This document shows positions 53,169-62,657 of a DNA stretch of 64,000 bases, one piece after another (position 1 is the first letter of the stretch; every line of letters begins with the position of its first letter). The DNA comes from an uncultured Spirochaetota bacterium (GTDB taxonomy: Bacteria > Spirochaetota > Spirochaetia > SZUA-6 > Fen-1364). Both the position numbers and the translations under genes were made by a program. The stretch covers positions 270,168 to 334,167 of the forward strand of contig CAWAHW010000005.1 in assembly GCA_963781885.1 (NCBI GenBank), written 5' to 3'. The notes under the pieces were generated by a model. The model was given only the letters and a program-made list of their open reading frames with translations. It had not been told where the DNA came from and did no database searches.

Positions 53169-54688
53169 CCTTACAGATGCATAAAAGGCAGATATTCGCT
53201 TGACGTGTAGATGAAAAAGTGGCGTCCTGATATGGCAAATCCTGATTCCGCCAAGAGTCAGATCTACCGACCAGGAGGCCACCAAACGTGAAACCCAGTA
53301 GAGCACAAATCCACTCCCGCGTCTACAAGTTCCCCGAGCTTCGCTTCGAAGATCAACGATTGACATCTTTTTCTGGGACCGTGGTACTACAAGCCCTTTT
53401 CAAAAACATGGATGTCGCGGGCAAACTACAGCGATGCTTCACCCATCGGAAGAAGGGTTCCGTGGTAGGGTTTCACAGCGTCGCCTTGTTGATGATCCTG
53501 CACTTGATGCTGGGCTACCGTCGGCTGCGTGATATTGATCGCTACCGAGAGGACCCGCTGATTCGACGAGCACTGGGATTGCGGCGGCTGCCTCATGTCT
53601 GTACGGTGAGTCGGATGCTCTGTCGGGCTGATGCGCACAGCGTTGCCAACCTTCAAGAGTTCAATCGTGCTTTGGTCCTGCAACGTCTTGAACATCAGGG
53701 GCTGGCACGGGTCACCTTGGACTTCGATGGCTCGGTGATCTCCAGCGGCCGTTACGCCGAGGGGACGGCCATCGGGTATAATGATAAAAAGAAGGGGGCC
53801 AGAAGCTACTACCCGTTGTTCTGCACCGTCGCGCAAAGCGGTCAAGTCCTGGATGCCCATCATCGGCCAGGCAACGTGCACGACTCCAAGGGCTCACTTG
53901 CTTTCATTGGGGCGTGCGTGGCCGCGGTGCGAGCTCAGCTGCCCGGTGTGATTGTGGAGTCGCGTAAGGATTCAGCGTTTTTCAGCGATGAAACAGTGAG
54001 TTTTCTGGATTCCCAGAAAGTCGAGTTTAGCATCTCCGTTCCCTTCGAGCGATTCTCCGAGTTGAAGGAGATCATTGAATCCAGGAGCACGTGGCAGCGC
54101 CTGGATTCCGAGTGGTCGTACTTCGAGTTGCCCTGGTCGCCGAACTGCTGGAGCAAACGCTATCGGTTTCTGTTCCTCCGCCACAAGGTGAAAAAGCAAC
54201 GAAAGGAACCTGTCCAGTTGGAGCTCTTTGTTCCTCACGAAGAAGGCTACGAGTTCAAGGTGATCGTCACCAACAAGCGAGGTAAGGCGAAGGGAATCCT
54301 CTTGTTTCACAACGGGAGGGCGTCGCAGGAGAACATGTTCTCAGAATTGAAGGACCAGTGCCAGATGGATTATGTCCCCGTGCGTCGCCTGGCCGGCAAC
54401 CAGTGGTACTTTCTTTCGGCAGTGATCGCGCATAATCTTTTTCGTGAGCTTCATATCAAAAGCTGCACAAAGGATCGGACCACGACAGCGAAACGGTCAC
54501 CTTTATGGAGCTTCCGCGAGGCAACGACCATTCGTCAGGTGCTTCTCCACAGGGCAGGTCGACTGACCAGACCGCAGGGGCGGCTACGACTTACCCTGAG
54601 CGGCAACGAAATTACACGTAAAGAGTTCCAAACATATCTGGCAGCCCTGGATGCCTCTGCATAGCGATCTTTTTATGCAACGTTAGGG
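53169..54688 (+). mobile_element. IS1380-family element nested in ISL3
   Basis: CC...GG IRs sharing TGCATAAAA; TAGA duplication. Confidence 0.88.
53288..54664 (+). CDS. IS1380-family transposase
   Basis: TLDFDGS, YYPLF, RPGNVH, DSAF, R..EN..ELK. Confidence 0.88.
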   Translation: MKPSRAQIHSRVYKFPELRFEDQRLTSFSGTVVLQALFKNMDVAGKLQRCFTHRKKGSVVGFHSVALLMILHLMLGYRRLRDIDRYREDPLIRRALGLRRLPHVCTVSRMLCRADAHSVANLQEFNRALVLQRLEHQGLARVTLDFDGSVISSGRYAEGTAIGYNDKKKGARSYYPLFCTVAQSGQVLDAHHRPGNVHDSKGSLAFIGACVAAVRAQLPGVIVESRKDSAFFSDETVSFLDSQKVEFSISVPFERFSELKEIIESRSTWQRLDSEWSYFELPWSPNCWSKRYRFLFLRHKVKKQRKEPVQLELFVPHEEGYEFKVIVTNKRGKAKGILLFHNGRASQENMFSELKDQCQMDYVPVRRLAGNQWYFLSAVIAHNLFRELHIKSCTKDRTTTAKRSPLWSFREATTIRQVLLHRAGRLTRPQGRLRLTLSGNEITRKEFQTYLAALDASA

Positions 54689-55111
54689 TAGATACTCTAA
54701 GGTCTCCGCAGGGAAGGTCTCGAATCAGCTTGCGCTTGCGGTCGTAGATATTTCTATATTTGATTCCGCATAAAGGACAGAGAGTTTTTTTTGAATCCTT
54801 CTCATCCGAATAACGCGTGCCTGGGGGTCCATGGGCATCCCAAATACGATTTGATAGGGCCTTTGTCCTGGGATTTTATACCCGTCGGTGAGTCGGTGTA
54901 ATGCCACTTGGCGACTATAGCGATTTCAAAAGTGCATTGGAATCAGTCATCTCTATACACTACAAAGCTTTGTGTCCGTTTGAGATGCGTTTTTGACCCA
55001 CTCAAAACGGAGAAGACCCCAAAATCTTAACCCAAAATCCTGATTTGCTTTTGCTCAGTGTCCTTTCTCAGGAAGACAGCTTTACTGCAGTAGTAGCCGT
55101 TTAGCGGCCTG

Positions 55112-55449
55112 CTACTTCGGCTCATATTCGGGGCGGCTCGGTGTGAAACACTCAACGGCTTCGCTGTCTTCTATAATCTCTGCACCGTGCGGTTGGTTTG
55201 AATCAAAACACCATCCATCACCTGGCCCGGAACAAATTCTTTGCCAGTTTGCCAGAGCATTTGCATCTTGCCGCTGATTAGGTAGCCGTTTTGAGCTGCT
55301 TCGTGTTGATGCAATGGTATCTTTGCGCCTTTCTTTAGAAAGAAGTGGCAAAGCATAAGTTGGTCGTTATAGGCAATGGTAGTTCAAAAAACGCCGGGCG
55401 GATTCTCAACCGGTTCACGGTCCGACTTGCGGGCTGTCATTCGTGTCAT
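55112..55449 (-). pseudogene. Cupin-domain protein with in-frame TGA and a frameshift (cassette)
   Basis: IPLHQHE..GYLISG, PGD..PHG, ECFTPSRPEY. Confidence 0.75.
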
Positions 55450-55558
55450 GTGGTAATCTTCCTTGTAAAAGAGAGTAGGGTTAGCCACCGCTTTGTGTCA
55501 AAGTGCCCTGCTGGCGCGTCGGAAATCGCAAATTAGGATGAAAACCATTTTTCCATAG

Positions 55559-55672
55559 CCCTAACATAGAGTTGACCAGCGCCGCCGCTTCATCCAGCCC
55601 CACCCGACGACTAGGACAAAGTTGGGTCAATCCAACAAATTCTAAGGCGACTGGTCCAACGATTTGTTAGGT
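55559..55672 (-). repeat. attC 15 (family B)
   Basis: Same architecture as attC 3. Confidence 0.9.
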
Positions 55673-55899
55673 GCCATCGAAATAGAACTTCGTCATTCGG
55701 TTCTCAGAAATGATGTCTTCATATCTCGAGAAAAACCCAGATCTCATTTCGGATTCATTCATAAGGTCTTCGCCCCAACGTTCCGTTGCTTTGGCGGTTT
55801 CCCAATAGAGCTCATACAAGTCCAGATTCTTGCCGCCTGGGGATTCCAGGGGCGCCCCCTTTGGAAACGGTCCGACGACAATCATTAGCCGTCTTACCT

Positions 55900-57296
55900 G
55901 GGATATTGTCAATTGTTGTGGACGAAGAATCTGAAGGATCTTCTCGTCAGGCAACTGCGTCACGAACCTGCTCCCCGTTAATGAACTTGATACCCGCCTG
56001 AACCAGGGGGATGTACTTCGAACCATCGAGTCTGCGCCAGCCCTTCTCGGCTTCTCTACACAGCTTATAGACCATTGCCAGCGTTGCCTTGCGTGTCCCC
56101 GAGCCCTTGGTCTTTCGGTGACGTAGCCGCACGGTGGCGAAGGTGGACTCGATGGGATTGGTAGTGCGTAGATGCAGCCAGTGGGCGGCAGGGAAGTCGT
56201 AGAAGGCGAAGAGGTCCTCCCTGTCCTTCACGAGGCATTCGACCGCCTTGGGGTACTTCTCGCCGAAAGTCTGCACGAACAGTTCGTGGGCCTTGAACGC
56301 CTCTTGGCGCGTCGGGGCAAGGTACTGGTTGTGCAGCATGTCCTTGGCCTTCGCCTGCGTTGATGCGGGCAGCTTGTCCAGGACATTGCCGGACTTGTGG
56401 AACCAGCATCGCTGGATACGGGTTTCAGGCCAGACCTCGGTACAGGCGGCTTGGAAGCCCATCGCCCCGTCGCAGACGGCCAACACGGGGGACTTCTGCA
56501 GACCGCGAGAGCGCAGGTCCAACAAGAGCTCCTTCCATGATTGAGCGCTCTCCCTGAAGCCATCCGAGACCGCCAGCAATTCCTTGTTACCGAAGGGATC
56601 AGCTCCCATGACCACCAGCAGGCAGGACCTCTCGTCCTCCAGTCGGGCGTTGCAGTACACGCCATCGGCCCAGACGTAGACATAGGCTTTGTCTGCCAGG
56701 CTGCGTCTCGACCACTCCTCATGCTCGCTGGTCCAGATCTCCTTCAGTCGCACCACCGTAGTGGCCGAAAGGCCCTTGGCCTGTGGGCCCAATATCGCCT
56801 CCAGCGCGCTGGGGAAATCGTCCGAGGAGATTCCTTTCAGGTAGAGCAGCGGCACCAAGGCATCGATACTGGGTGCCCTGCGCATAAAGCGCGGAAGAAT
56901 TCTGCTGGTAAACCGTTCCTTGCCCATTTCCTCCAGGGCGCGGTCATCCACACGCGGTCGCCTGATAGGCATCGGCCCCGCCCCCGTCAGCACCGTCCTC
57001 TCGGGCATCGTCCCGTTTCTGACGACCAGCCGCCGTCCTTCGCGATTGACCATGTCTTTGAGGCCGTCGACGTACTCTTGGACTTCCGCATCAAGGGCGG
57101 CCTGCAACATCCGACGCGCCCCCTCACGGACGAAGCCTTCCAGGGTGTTCATCGTCTCAGGCATTGCTTCGACTCGCGTCCCGGTGGTAATGTTGCTCAC
57201 GGACGTTCTCCTTCCCAGTAGGCATGTTTGGCGACAATACCTTACCGAGAAGAGGCGTCCGTTTTCTATCCCATCCACAACTTTTGGTTATATCCC
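55900..57296 (-). mobile_element. IS256-family element
   Basis: GGGATA...TATCCC IRs; GTCTTACCT 9-bp duplication. Confidence 0.92.
55947..57200 (-). CDS. IS256-family transposase
   Basis: WADG, CDG, QRCWFH, TTNPIES. Confidence 0.92.
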   Translation of the reverse strand: MSNITTGTRVEAMPETMNTLEGFVREGARRMLQAALDAEVQEYVDGLKDMVNREGRRLVVRNGTMPERTVLTGAGPMPIRRPRVDDRALEEMGKERFTSRILPRFMRRAPSIDALVPLLYLKGISSDDFPSALEAILGPQAKGLSATTVVRLKEIWTSEHEEWSRRSLADKAYVYVWADGVYCNARLEDERSCLLVVMGADPFGNKELLAVSDGFRESAQSWKELLLDLRSRGLQKSPVLAVCDGAMGFQAACTEVWPETRIQRCWFHKSGNVLDKLPASTQAKAKDMLHNQYLAPTRQEAFKAHELFVQTFGEKYPKAVECLVKDREDLFAFYDFPAAHWLHLRTTNPIESTFATVRLRHRKTKGSGTRKATLAMVYKLCREAEKGWRRLDGSKYIPLVQAGIKFINGEQVRDAVA

Positions 57297-58087
57297 GTCT
57301 TACCTTGCCCGCCGACACTTTGTCGGAGTCATACCCCGTCATGTGAAGAAGAGCATTCCGCAGCTCCCAAAGCTCAGATGACGATACATTGAGTCGTTTC
57401 AGGTTGAAGAAACGATCCACAAATTGCTTGAAACTATCCTTCGTCCTCCCGTACGCCAGATAGCCAAAAGTGTCGACTGCAATGAATAAGAGCTTTACGG
57501 CCGAAATGTAAAAATGCGTATTTAGAAGCGTCTTGATCGGTTCAAAGTGGTCGTCATTCATAAGCCGATTGAAATGAAACTTTCCGTCTGTAAAGTACTT
57601 GTCAATGAAATGGGGCTGTATTTCGATTCTCACTGATCGATGTTCTGTTCCGCTGTTTTGAACTGGCATTTCTCCTCTAGTATCTAGCTGGCCGTTGATA
57701 ACGGGCGTAATCACCATCAAAGGATTCCGTGGCGCATTGTGAATCTGGAATATACGTTCAAAAAGCATAGGAAGTTGGCCTGCCTCTGATAGGGCACAGT
57801 AGTCTTCCCAACTCAGTTTGTTGATGGGACTGCTGTGACCTGGGCTATTTGAAGATACGTCAGGAGGAATCGGATACCGCATGGCAGTTTTGTGGTCAAT
57901 AGAAACTCGTGACTTGAGAAATGCCAGCTTCGAGTCGTCTGTTCCTTCCTGGGCGTATTCAGTAGCACCGAGGCTCTCTACTATTCCGTTGTTGATGTCG
58001 ACGAACAAGTTGTAGATCTTTTCTCGCCCGTGCGCTTCGTCCGCCACATGGGCCTCCTTCATTCTACCGTACTGGAAAAATCATGGC

Positions 58088-58202
58088 ACCTAACATAGAG
58101 TTGACCAGCGCCGCCGCATCATCCAGCCCCACCCGACGATTAGGGTGAAGTTGGGTCTAAACAGACAACATCCAAGGCGACTGGTCCAACGATTTGTTAG
58201 AT
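58088..58202 (-). repeat. attC 16 (family B)
   Basis: Same architecture as attC 3. Confidence 0.9.
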
Positions 58203-58221
58203 GGAAATGATGAATTTGGCA

Positions 58222-58408
58222 TCAGAAACGAATGAGATTCTCAAGATTCTTGCCAGCAATTTTCGATGCGACATCTCTTTCTAGCAAGTTTAGCAGTTGG
58301 AATATTGCTAAATAGGCTTTATCGTAACCGATTCCATAGCCCGAGTCAGTACTTACAATAAATCTATCTGGATAAGAGATAATTATTGGAACAAAGTCCG
58401 CAAGCTTA
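58222..58408 (-). pseudogene. C-terminal fragment of an amidohydrolase-like cassette gene, cut by IS66
   Basis: YPDRFIVSTD...KIAGKNLENL pattern. Confidence 0.55.
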
Positions 58409-58493
58409 GTAACCGTCAAAACAACCACACCTTGTAAAGAGGCCTTGAGGAATCAATCCTGAGCCCACGATTTGAGCGCTCAGGAGGTGATGC

Positions 58494-58835
58494 ATGGATC
58501 AAGTCCCCGCGAAAATGAAACAGCGGCGTCGCTCGGCTGCGGAATGGCGCGAGCTGATAAGTGCTTGGAAGCAAAGCGGCAAGACGCGCGAGATGTGGTG
58601 TCACGAGAACGGCGTGGGCATGGAATCCCTACGTCGATGGACGAAGCGGCTTCGAAGAGCAGACGCAGCCGTAGCCTTCGTCCAGATTGAGAAGTCCATT
58701 TCTGTTTCAACGAAGTCCGTCCCGATACACCTTCGCATCTTGGCAAGCGGCGATGTGGAGCTTCAGGGGGAGTTCAGCGAGGAGCTTCTTCGCCGAGTGT
58801 TACGTGTCGCACGGGAAGCGGCTGATGTTTCTTGA
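58494..58835 (+). CDS. IS66 TnpA
   Basis: W...WKQSG..WC HTH pattern. Confidence 0.8.
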   Translation: MDQVPAKMKQRRRSAAEWRELISAWKQSGKTREMWCHENGVGMESLRRWTKRLRRADAAVAFVQIEKSISVSTKSVPIHLRILASGDVELQGEFSEELLRRVLRVAREAADVS

Positions 58836-59172
58836 GTGGGATCGGGTGAAGGTGTTTGTGCGCCCCGGTGGCACAGACCTGAGGAAACAGATCAACGGTC
58901 TGGCAGCGATGGCGCAAAGTGCGATGGCCGGGGATCCACTGTCCGGGAACCTATTTCTGTTCAGCAATAAGGACCGGCATCTACTGAAGGCGCTGTACTG
59001 GGATCATAGCGGTTTTTGCCTGTGGCAGAAGCGCCTGGAGCGGGAGAAGTTTCCCTGGCCGCACACACAGGAGGCGGCACGCGAAATCAGCGTTGAGCAG
59101 CTTCGCATGCTGTTGAGTGGGATCGACTTCTGGAACGCGCATCAGAAGCTGAGCTATCGAAGCGTCATATAG
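58825..59172 (+). CDS. IS66 accessory TnpB
   Basis: DLRKQINGL, LYWD..GF..KRLE..F.WP. Confidence 0.9.
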   Translation: MFLEWDRVKVFVRPGGTDLRKQINGLAAMAQSAMAGDPLSGNLFLFSNKDRHLLKALYWDHSGFCLWQKRLEREKFPWPHTQEAAREISVEQLRMLLSGIDFWNAHQKLSYRSVI

Positions 59173-59211
59173 GACTACCGGGGATCCCGGCTCTCATGAT
59201 AAAGTGCCCGG

Positions 59212-60819
59212 GTGAGCGACAAACTGGGAGCGCTACCGGACGGTGTGAAGGAGTTGCACGATCGTATTCGTCAGCTTGAGGCCAGCCTGGAGAAGGAACG
59301 TGCCGAGAAGATTGAATACCAGCACGAAGCTCTGAAGCATTTCGAGGAGATCCAGCTTCTGCGGCGACGGATATTCGGTCGCAGAGCGGAGAAGCTCAGC
59401 GAGGAAGACCGGCGTCAACTTCTGCTGTTCAACGAGGCTGAGGAAATTCTGGCGCAAGGCAGCGGGCAGCCTGAGGAGCAAACCGTCGAGGTTCGTGCTC
59501 ATAGCCGACGAAAGAGCGGGCGCAAACCCCTGCCGCCCGAGATTCCCCGAGTCGAGACAATTCACGACATCAGCGAAGAAGAGAAGCAATGCGCCTGCGG
59601 GCAACAGATGGGCCGCATCGGGGAGGAGATCTGCGAAAAGCTTGAAGTGATCCCTGCCCGCATTCGGGTGCGCCGTCACGTGCGGCCCAAGTATGCCTGC
59701 CATGCCTGCGAAGGCTCGGGAGACGAGAGTCGAGCAGCAGTTCGTATTGCTCCTGCTCCCGTACAGCTTCTGCCCAAAAGCATCGCCTCTCCCGCCCTTG
59801 TGGCTTACATCATGGTGGGCAAGTTCTGTGATTCCTTGCCGTTCTACCGCCAGGAGAAGCAGTTTGCGCGCATCGGAGTGGAGGTCAGCCGTCAGGACAT
59901 GGCCAACTGGAGCATTGCGGTGTTTCAGAGGCTTCGGCCGCTTCGGGAGTTGATGCGTAGCCAGATCCGTCGAGGCCCTCTGGTGCAGATCGATGAGACG
60001 ACGGTGCAGGTCATGGGGGAGCCCGGGCGGCCCAACACCTCAAAGAGCTTTATGTGGGTATTCCTGGGAGGAAACCCCGGTCAGCCTGTCGTAGAGTATC
60101 AGTACCATCCTACCCGCTCGGGCAAGATTCCTTTCGAGGCTCTACGAGGGTATGAAGGCTTCATCCAAACAGACGGCTACGATGGTTATCAAGAGCTGGG
60201 AAGCCAACCGGGGATCGTGCATGTCGGATGCTGGGCACATGCCCGGAGAAAGTTCTTCGAGGCCAAGGAAGTCTCCAAGACCAAAGGCAGCGCCGATGTC
60301 GCCTTGGCCAGCATCAATGAGCTTTTCAAGATCGAACGGACGCTCAGAGACGAGGATCTTGCTCCCAATCAGTTCACACAACGCCGTCGCGAGCAGACTG
60401 AACCTGTACTTGAGAAGCTGCGCGTATGGCTGGAGGAGCGCGAGGGTCAGATCCCTCCGTCCACGACGCTGGGCAAGGCGATCGGCTACACCGTCGGGCA
60501 GTGGCCCAAGCTCATCCGTTACCTGGACAGCCCGCTGTTGGCTCCCGACAACAATGCCTGCGAGAGGGCCATTCGGCCCTTTGTGATCGGACGCAAGAAC
60601 TGGATGCTGTCAGGAAGCCCCGCAGGAGCGGAAGCCAGCGCGGCATGGTACAGCCTCATCGAAACCGCGAAGAGCAACGGCGTTGAGCCCTATCTGTACT
60701 TGTGTTACATCCTCGCCAGATTGCCCGACAGCAACAACCCTGCAGACTTTCAATTCCTTCTGCCCTGGAATATTTCAAAAGAATCCTTGCTCGATTTCCA
60801 GTCGGGACGTCTGGCCTGA
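59212..60819 (+). CDS. IS66 transposase TnpC
   Basis: DETT, TDGY, CWAHARRKF, DNNACERAIR, LLPW. Confidence 0.93.
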   Translation: MSDKLGALPDGVKELHDRIRQLEASLEKERAEKIEYQHEALKHFEEIQLLRRRIFGRRAEKLSEEDRRQLLLFNEAEEILAQGSGQPEEQTVEVRAHSRRKSGRKPLPPEIPRVETIHDISEEEKQCACGQQMGRIGEEICEKLEVIPARIRVRRHVRPKYACHACEGSGDESRAAVRIAPAPVQLLPKSIASPALVAYIMVGKFCDSLPFYRQEKQFARIGVEVSRQDMANWSIAVFQRLRPLRELMRSQIRRGPLVQIDETTVQVMGEPGRPNTSKSFMWVFLGGNPGQPVVEYQYHPTRSGKIPFEALRGYEGFIQTDGYDGYQELGSQPGIVHVGCWAHARRKFFEAKEVSKTKGSADVALASINELFKIERTLRDEDLAPNQFTQRRREQTEPVLEKLRVWLEEREGQIPPSTTLGKAIGYTVGQWPKLIRYLDSPLLAPDNNACERAIRPFVIGRKNWMLSGSPAGAEASAAWYSLIETAKSNGVEPYLYLCYILARLPDSNNPADFQFLLPWNISKESLLDFQSGRLA

Positions 60820-60881
60820 GTTCATTACCGCAAGACGCCTCGCGGCTACGCACACAGGGGTGTGGTTGTTTTGACGGTTAC

Positions 60882-62028
60882 GTTGGTTCGTCGGGTGCAA
60901 ACAGATCTGTGCGTAGAGCTGGAAACCAATCACTACAGCGTTCCGTGGCGCTACATCGGTGAGCATGTGATCCTTCAAACCGAAAGCGGCGAGCTGAGGA
61001 TCCTCTACGGCGGAAAGGAAATTGCTCGGCATCCGCTGAGTCTTGGACGCAAACAGCGCATCGTGGATCCCCGACACTTCGACGGGGTGGCCGTCACCCG
61101 TGTGGAGGTGCAGGGCACCGATGGCAGGAGGGAAACCGTTAGCGAGCTTCTTCGACCGCTGAGTGACTACGAAGCGGTGGTCGGAGGCCAGGAATGACGC
61201 CACAGACCGACGTGCTGGACAAAATGCTTACACGCCTGAAGCTCACCGCCATTCGCGATCAGCTGGAAAGTCTGTTGGATGAAGCCGGGCGGCGCCAGAT
61301 GAGTCTGCGCGAGCTGTTGGGCTTCCTTTGTGAGGCGGAGATTGCCCGCAAAGACCAGCGGCGCATCACCATGGGGCTGAGCATCGCGAAGTTTCCTTGC
61401 CTGCGCACTTTGGAAGGCTTTGATTTCGAGGCCCAGCCCTCCGTGGATGCGCGCCAGATCCGAGATCTGGCCGCCTGCCGCTGGGTAGCCAACGGGGACT
61501 CCCTCTTGTTCCTCGGCCCACCCGGCGTCGGCAAGACACATCTGGCAATCGCGCTGGGCCGAACCGCGATCGAACGGGGCTACTCGGTGTTGTTTACTCC
61601 GGCGATGGTGATGGCCGCCTCCTTGGCCAAGGCACACGCCGAAGGACATTTGGAGGAGCGGCTGACGCACTACAGCAAGCCCAAGCTTCTTATCGTGGAC
61701 GAACTGGGCTACCTGCCCCTGGAACAGAATGCAGCCCACTTGTTCTTCCAGCTCGTCTCGCGTCGCTACGAGCGCGGCAGCCTCTTGGTGACCAGCAACC
61801 GAAGCGTTGGAGAGTGGGGTGAGGTCTTCGGGGACCCTGTAGTGGCCACCGCTATTCTTGATCGGCTCCTGCACCACAGCCACATCATCACTATTCGAGG
61901 CGAAAGCTATCGACTGAAAGAGAAGAAGCGCTCGGGACTCTACAAGCCGCCGGTGGCGGAGAATCATTCATGAGGGGGGGGGTCAGTTTTGGTGTCGTAA
62001 AGGGGTCAGATCCGGGTGTCGCTTGACA
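60882..62028 (+). mobile_element. Truncated IS21 (istA tail, istB, right end)
   Basis: NHYSVP...LRPLSDY istA C-terminus; GGGGTCAG repeats ending TGACA. Confidence 0.85.
61194..61973 (+). CDS. istB: IS21 helper ATPase
   Basis: [19 protein letters not shown]. Confidence 0.93.
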   Translation: MTPQTDVLDKMLTRLKLTAIRDQLESLLDEAGRRQMSLRELLGFLCEAEIARKDQRRITMGLSIAKFPCLRTLEGFDFEAQPSVDARQIRDLAACRWVANGDSLLFLGPPGVGKTHLAIALGRTAIERGYSVLFTPAMVMAASLAKAHAEGHLEERLTHYSKPKLLIVDELGYLPLEQNAAHLFFQLVSRRYERGSLLVTSNRSVGEWGEVFGDPVVATAILDRLLHHSHIITIRGESYRLKEKKRSGLYKPPVAENHS

Positions 62029-62302
62029 GCGTGAGTCGCTGCGGTACCATTCGCGTGTTTCACAACCAGGTCTTTGTGACGCAAACCCTCAATGAGGAGT
62101 ACGTGGGTCTCGAGGAAGTGGATGACGGGGTGTGATGATCTATACTTCTGTTTCTACCAGATTGGTCGCTACGAATTGCGCACCAACAAGATCCAGGATA
62201 TTATCTCTCGGGTGCCAACCAGTCAGCCCCGGGCGGATCTGACTTCGAGGGTGTTACCGATGTCTTTAGAATAATGTGTTACCCATGTCTTTGGACTGTA
62301 CA
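62029..62302 (+). mobile_element. Right-end remnant of another IS481-like element
   Basis: Encodes VSRCGTIR..EYVGLEEVDDG; TGTTACC(G/C)ATGT repeats ending ACA. Confidence 0.75.
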
Positions 62303-62310
62303 CTCTATGA

Positions 62311-62425
62311 ACATAACAAGTCGTTGCAGCACTCCAGGCAGAATCTGCTCCAATAGACCCGCGGCCGGTGCCAATCGGTGTGGTGCTGTTCTGATGCGGG
62401 CCGGGTGCTGAACTCTATGTTATGT
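62311..62425 (+). repeat. attC 17 (family A), inverted relative to attC 1-16
   Basis: TAACAAGTCGTTGCAGCAC...GTGCTGAACTCTATGTTA on the + strand. Confidence 0.9.
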
Positions 62426-62657
62426 GGATCATGGTCCCGTGTCGCTAATTCTCCCATTTGTATTCTGCCGTCTGGCTGCTTTGATGGAATCGTTATGAAT
62501 CCCAATGGCGGCGTCCCAATCGTCTTTCTTTAAGCCGGCCGCTATAAGGCTAACCGCAAAACGGCCATCTTCCAAGCGGCAATGCACCAATTGTCGGAAA
62601 GCCTTTGGGTTAGGAATAAGAGGTTGAGTTCGCCGAACGGAAGCTGGGCAGTCCAAG

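Larger units (their letters stand above)
52164..54907 (-). pseudogene. ISL3 transposase, interrupted
   Basis: IGIDE, YDKFH, VEGLNNKI..RRAYG; N-terminal RDLPCGD lies beyond IS1380. Confidence 0.85.
52135..55019 (-). mobile_element. ISL3-family element, disrupted by IS1380
   Basis: 27-bp IR GGGTCTTCTCCGTTTTGAGTGGGTCAA; CAAAATCT 8-bp duplication. Confidence 0.92.
55667..58062 (-). pseudogene. Hypothetical cassette protein with RxxxxH motif, interrupted by IS256
   Basis: ...KVSAGKVR|RLMIVVG... rejoins across the IS; stop codon lies in the attC R'' box. Confidence 0.75.
58409..60881 (+). mobile_element. IS66-family element (no target duplication)
   Basis: Perfect IR GTAACCGTCAAAACAACCACACC; three-gene layout. 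Confidence 0.92.

Noticed and set aside
58825-59172. TnpB as an RNA-guided nuclease
   Set aside because: This is the small IS66 accessory TnpB; no RuvC-type TnpB or IscB follows the IS200 tnpA either.
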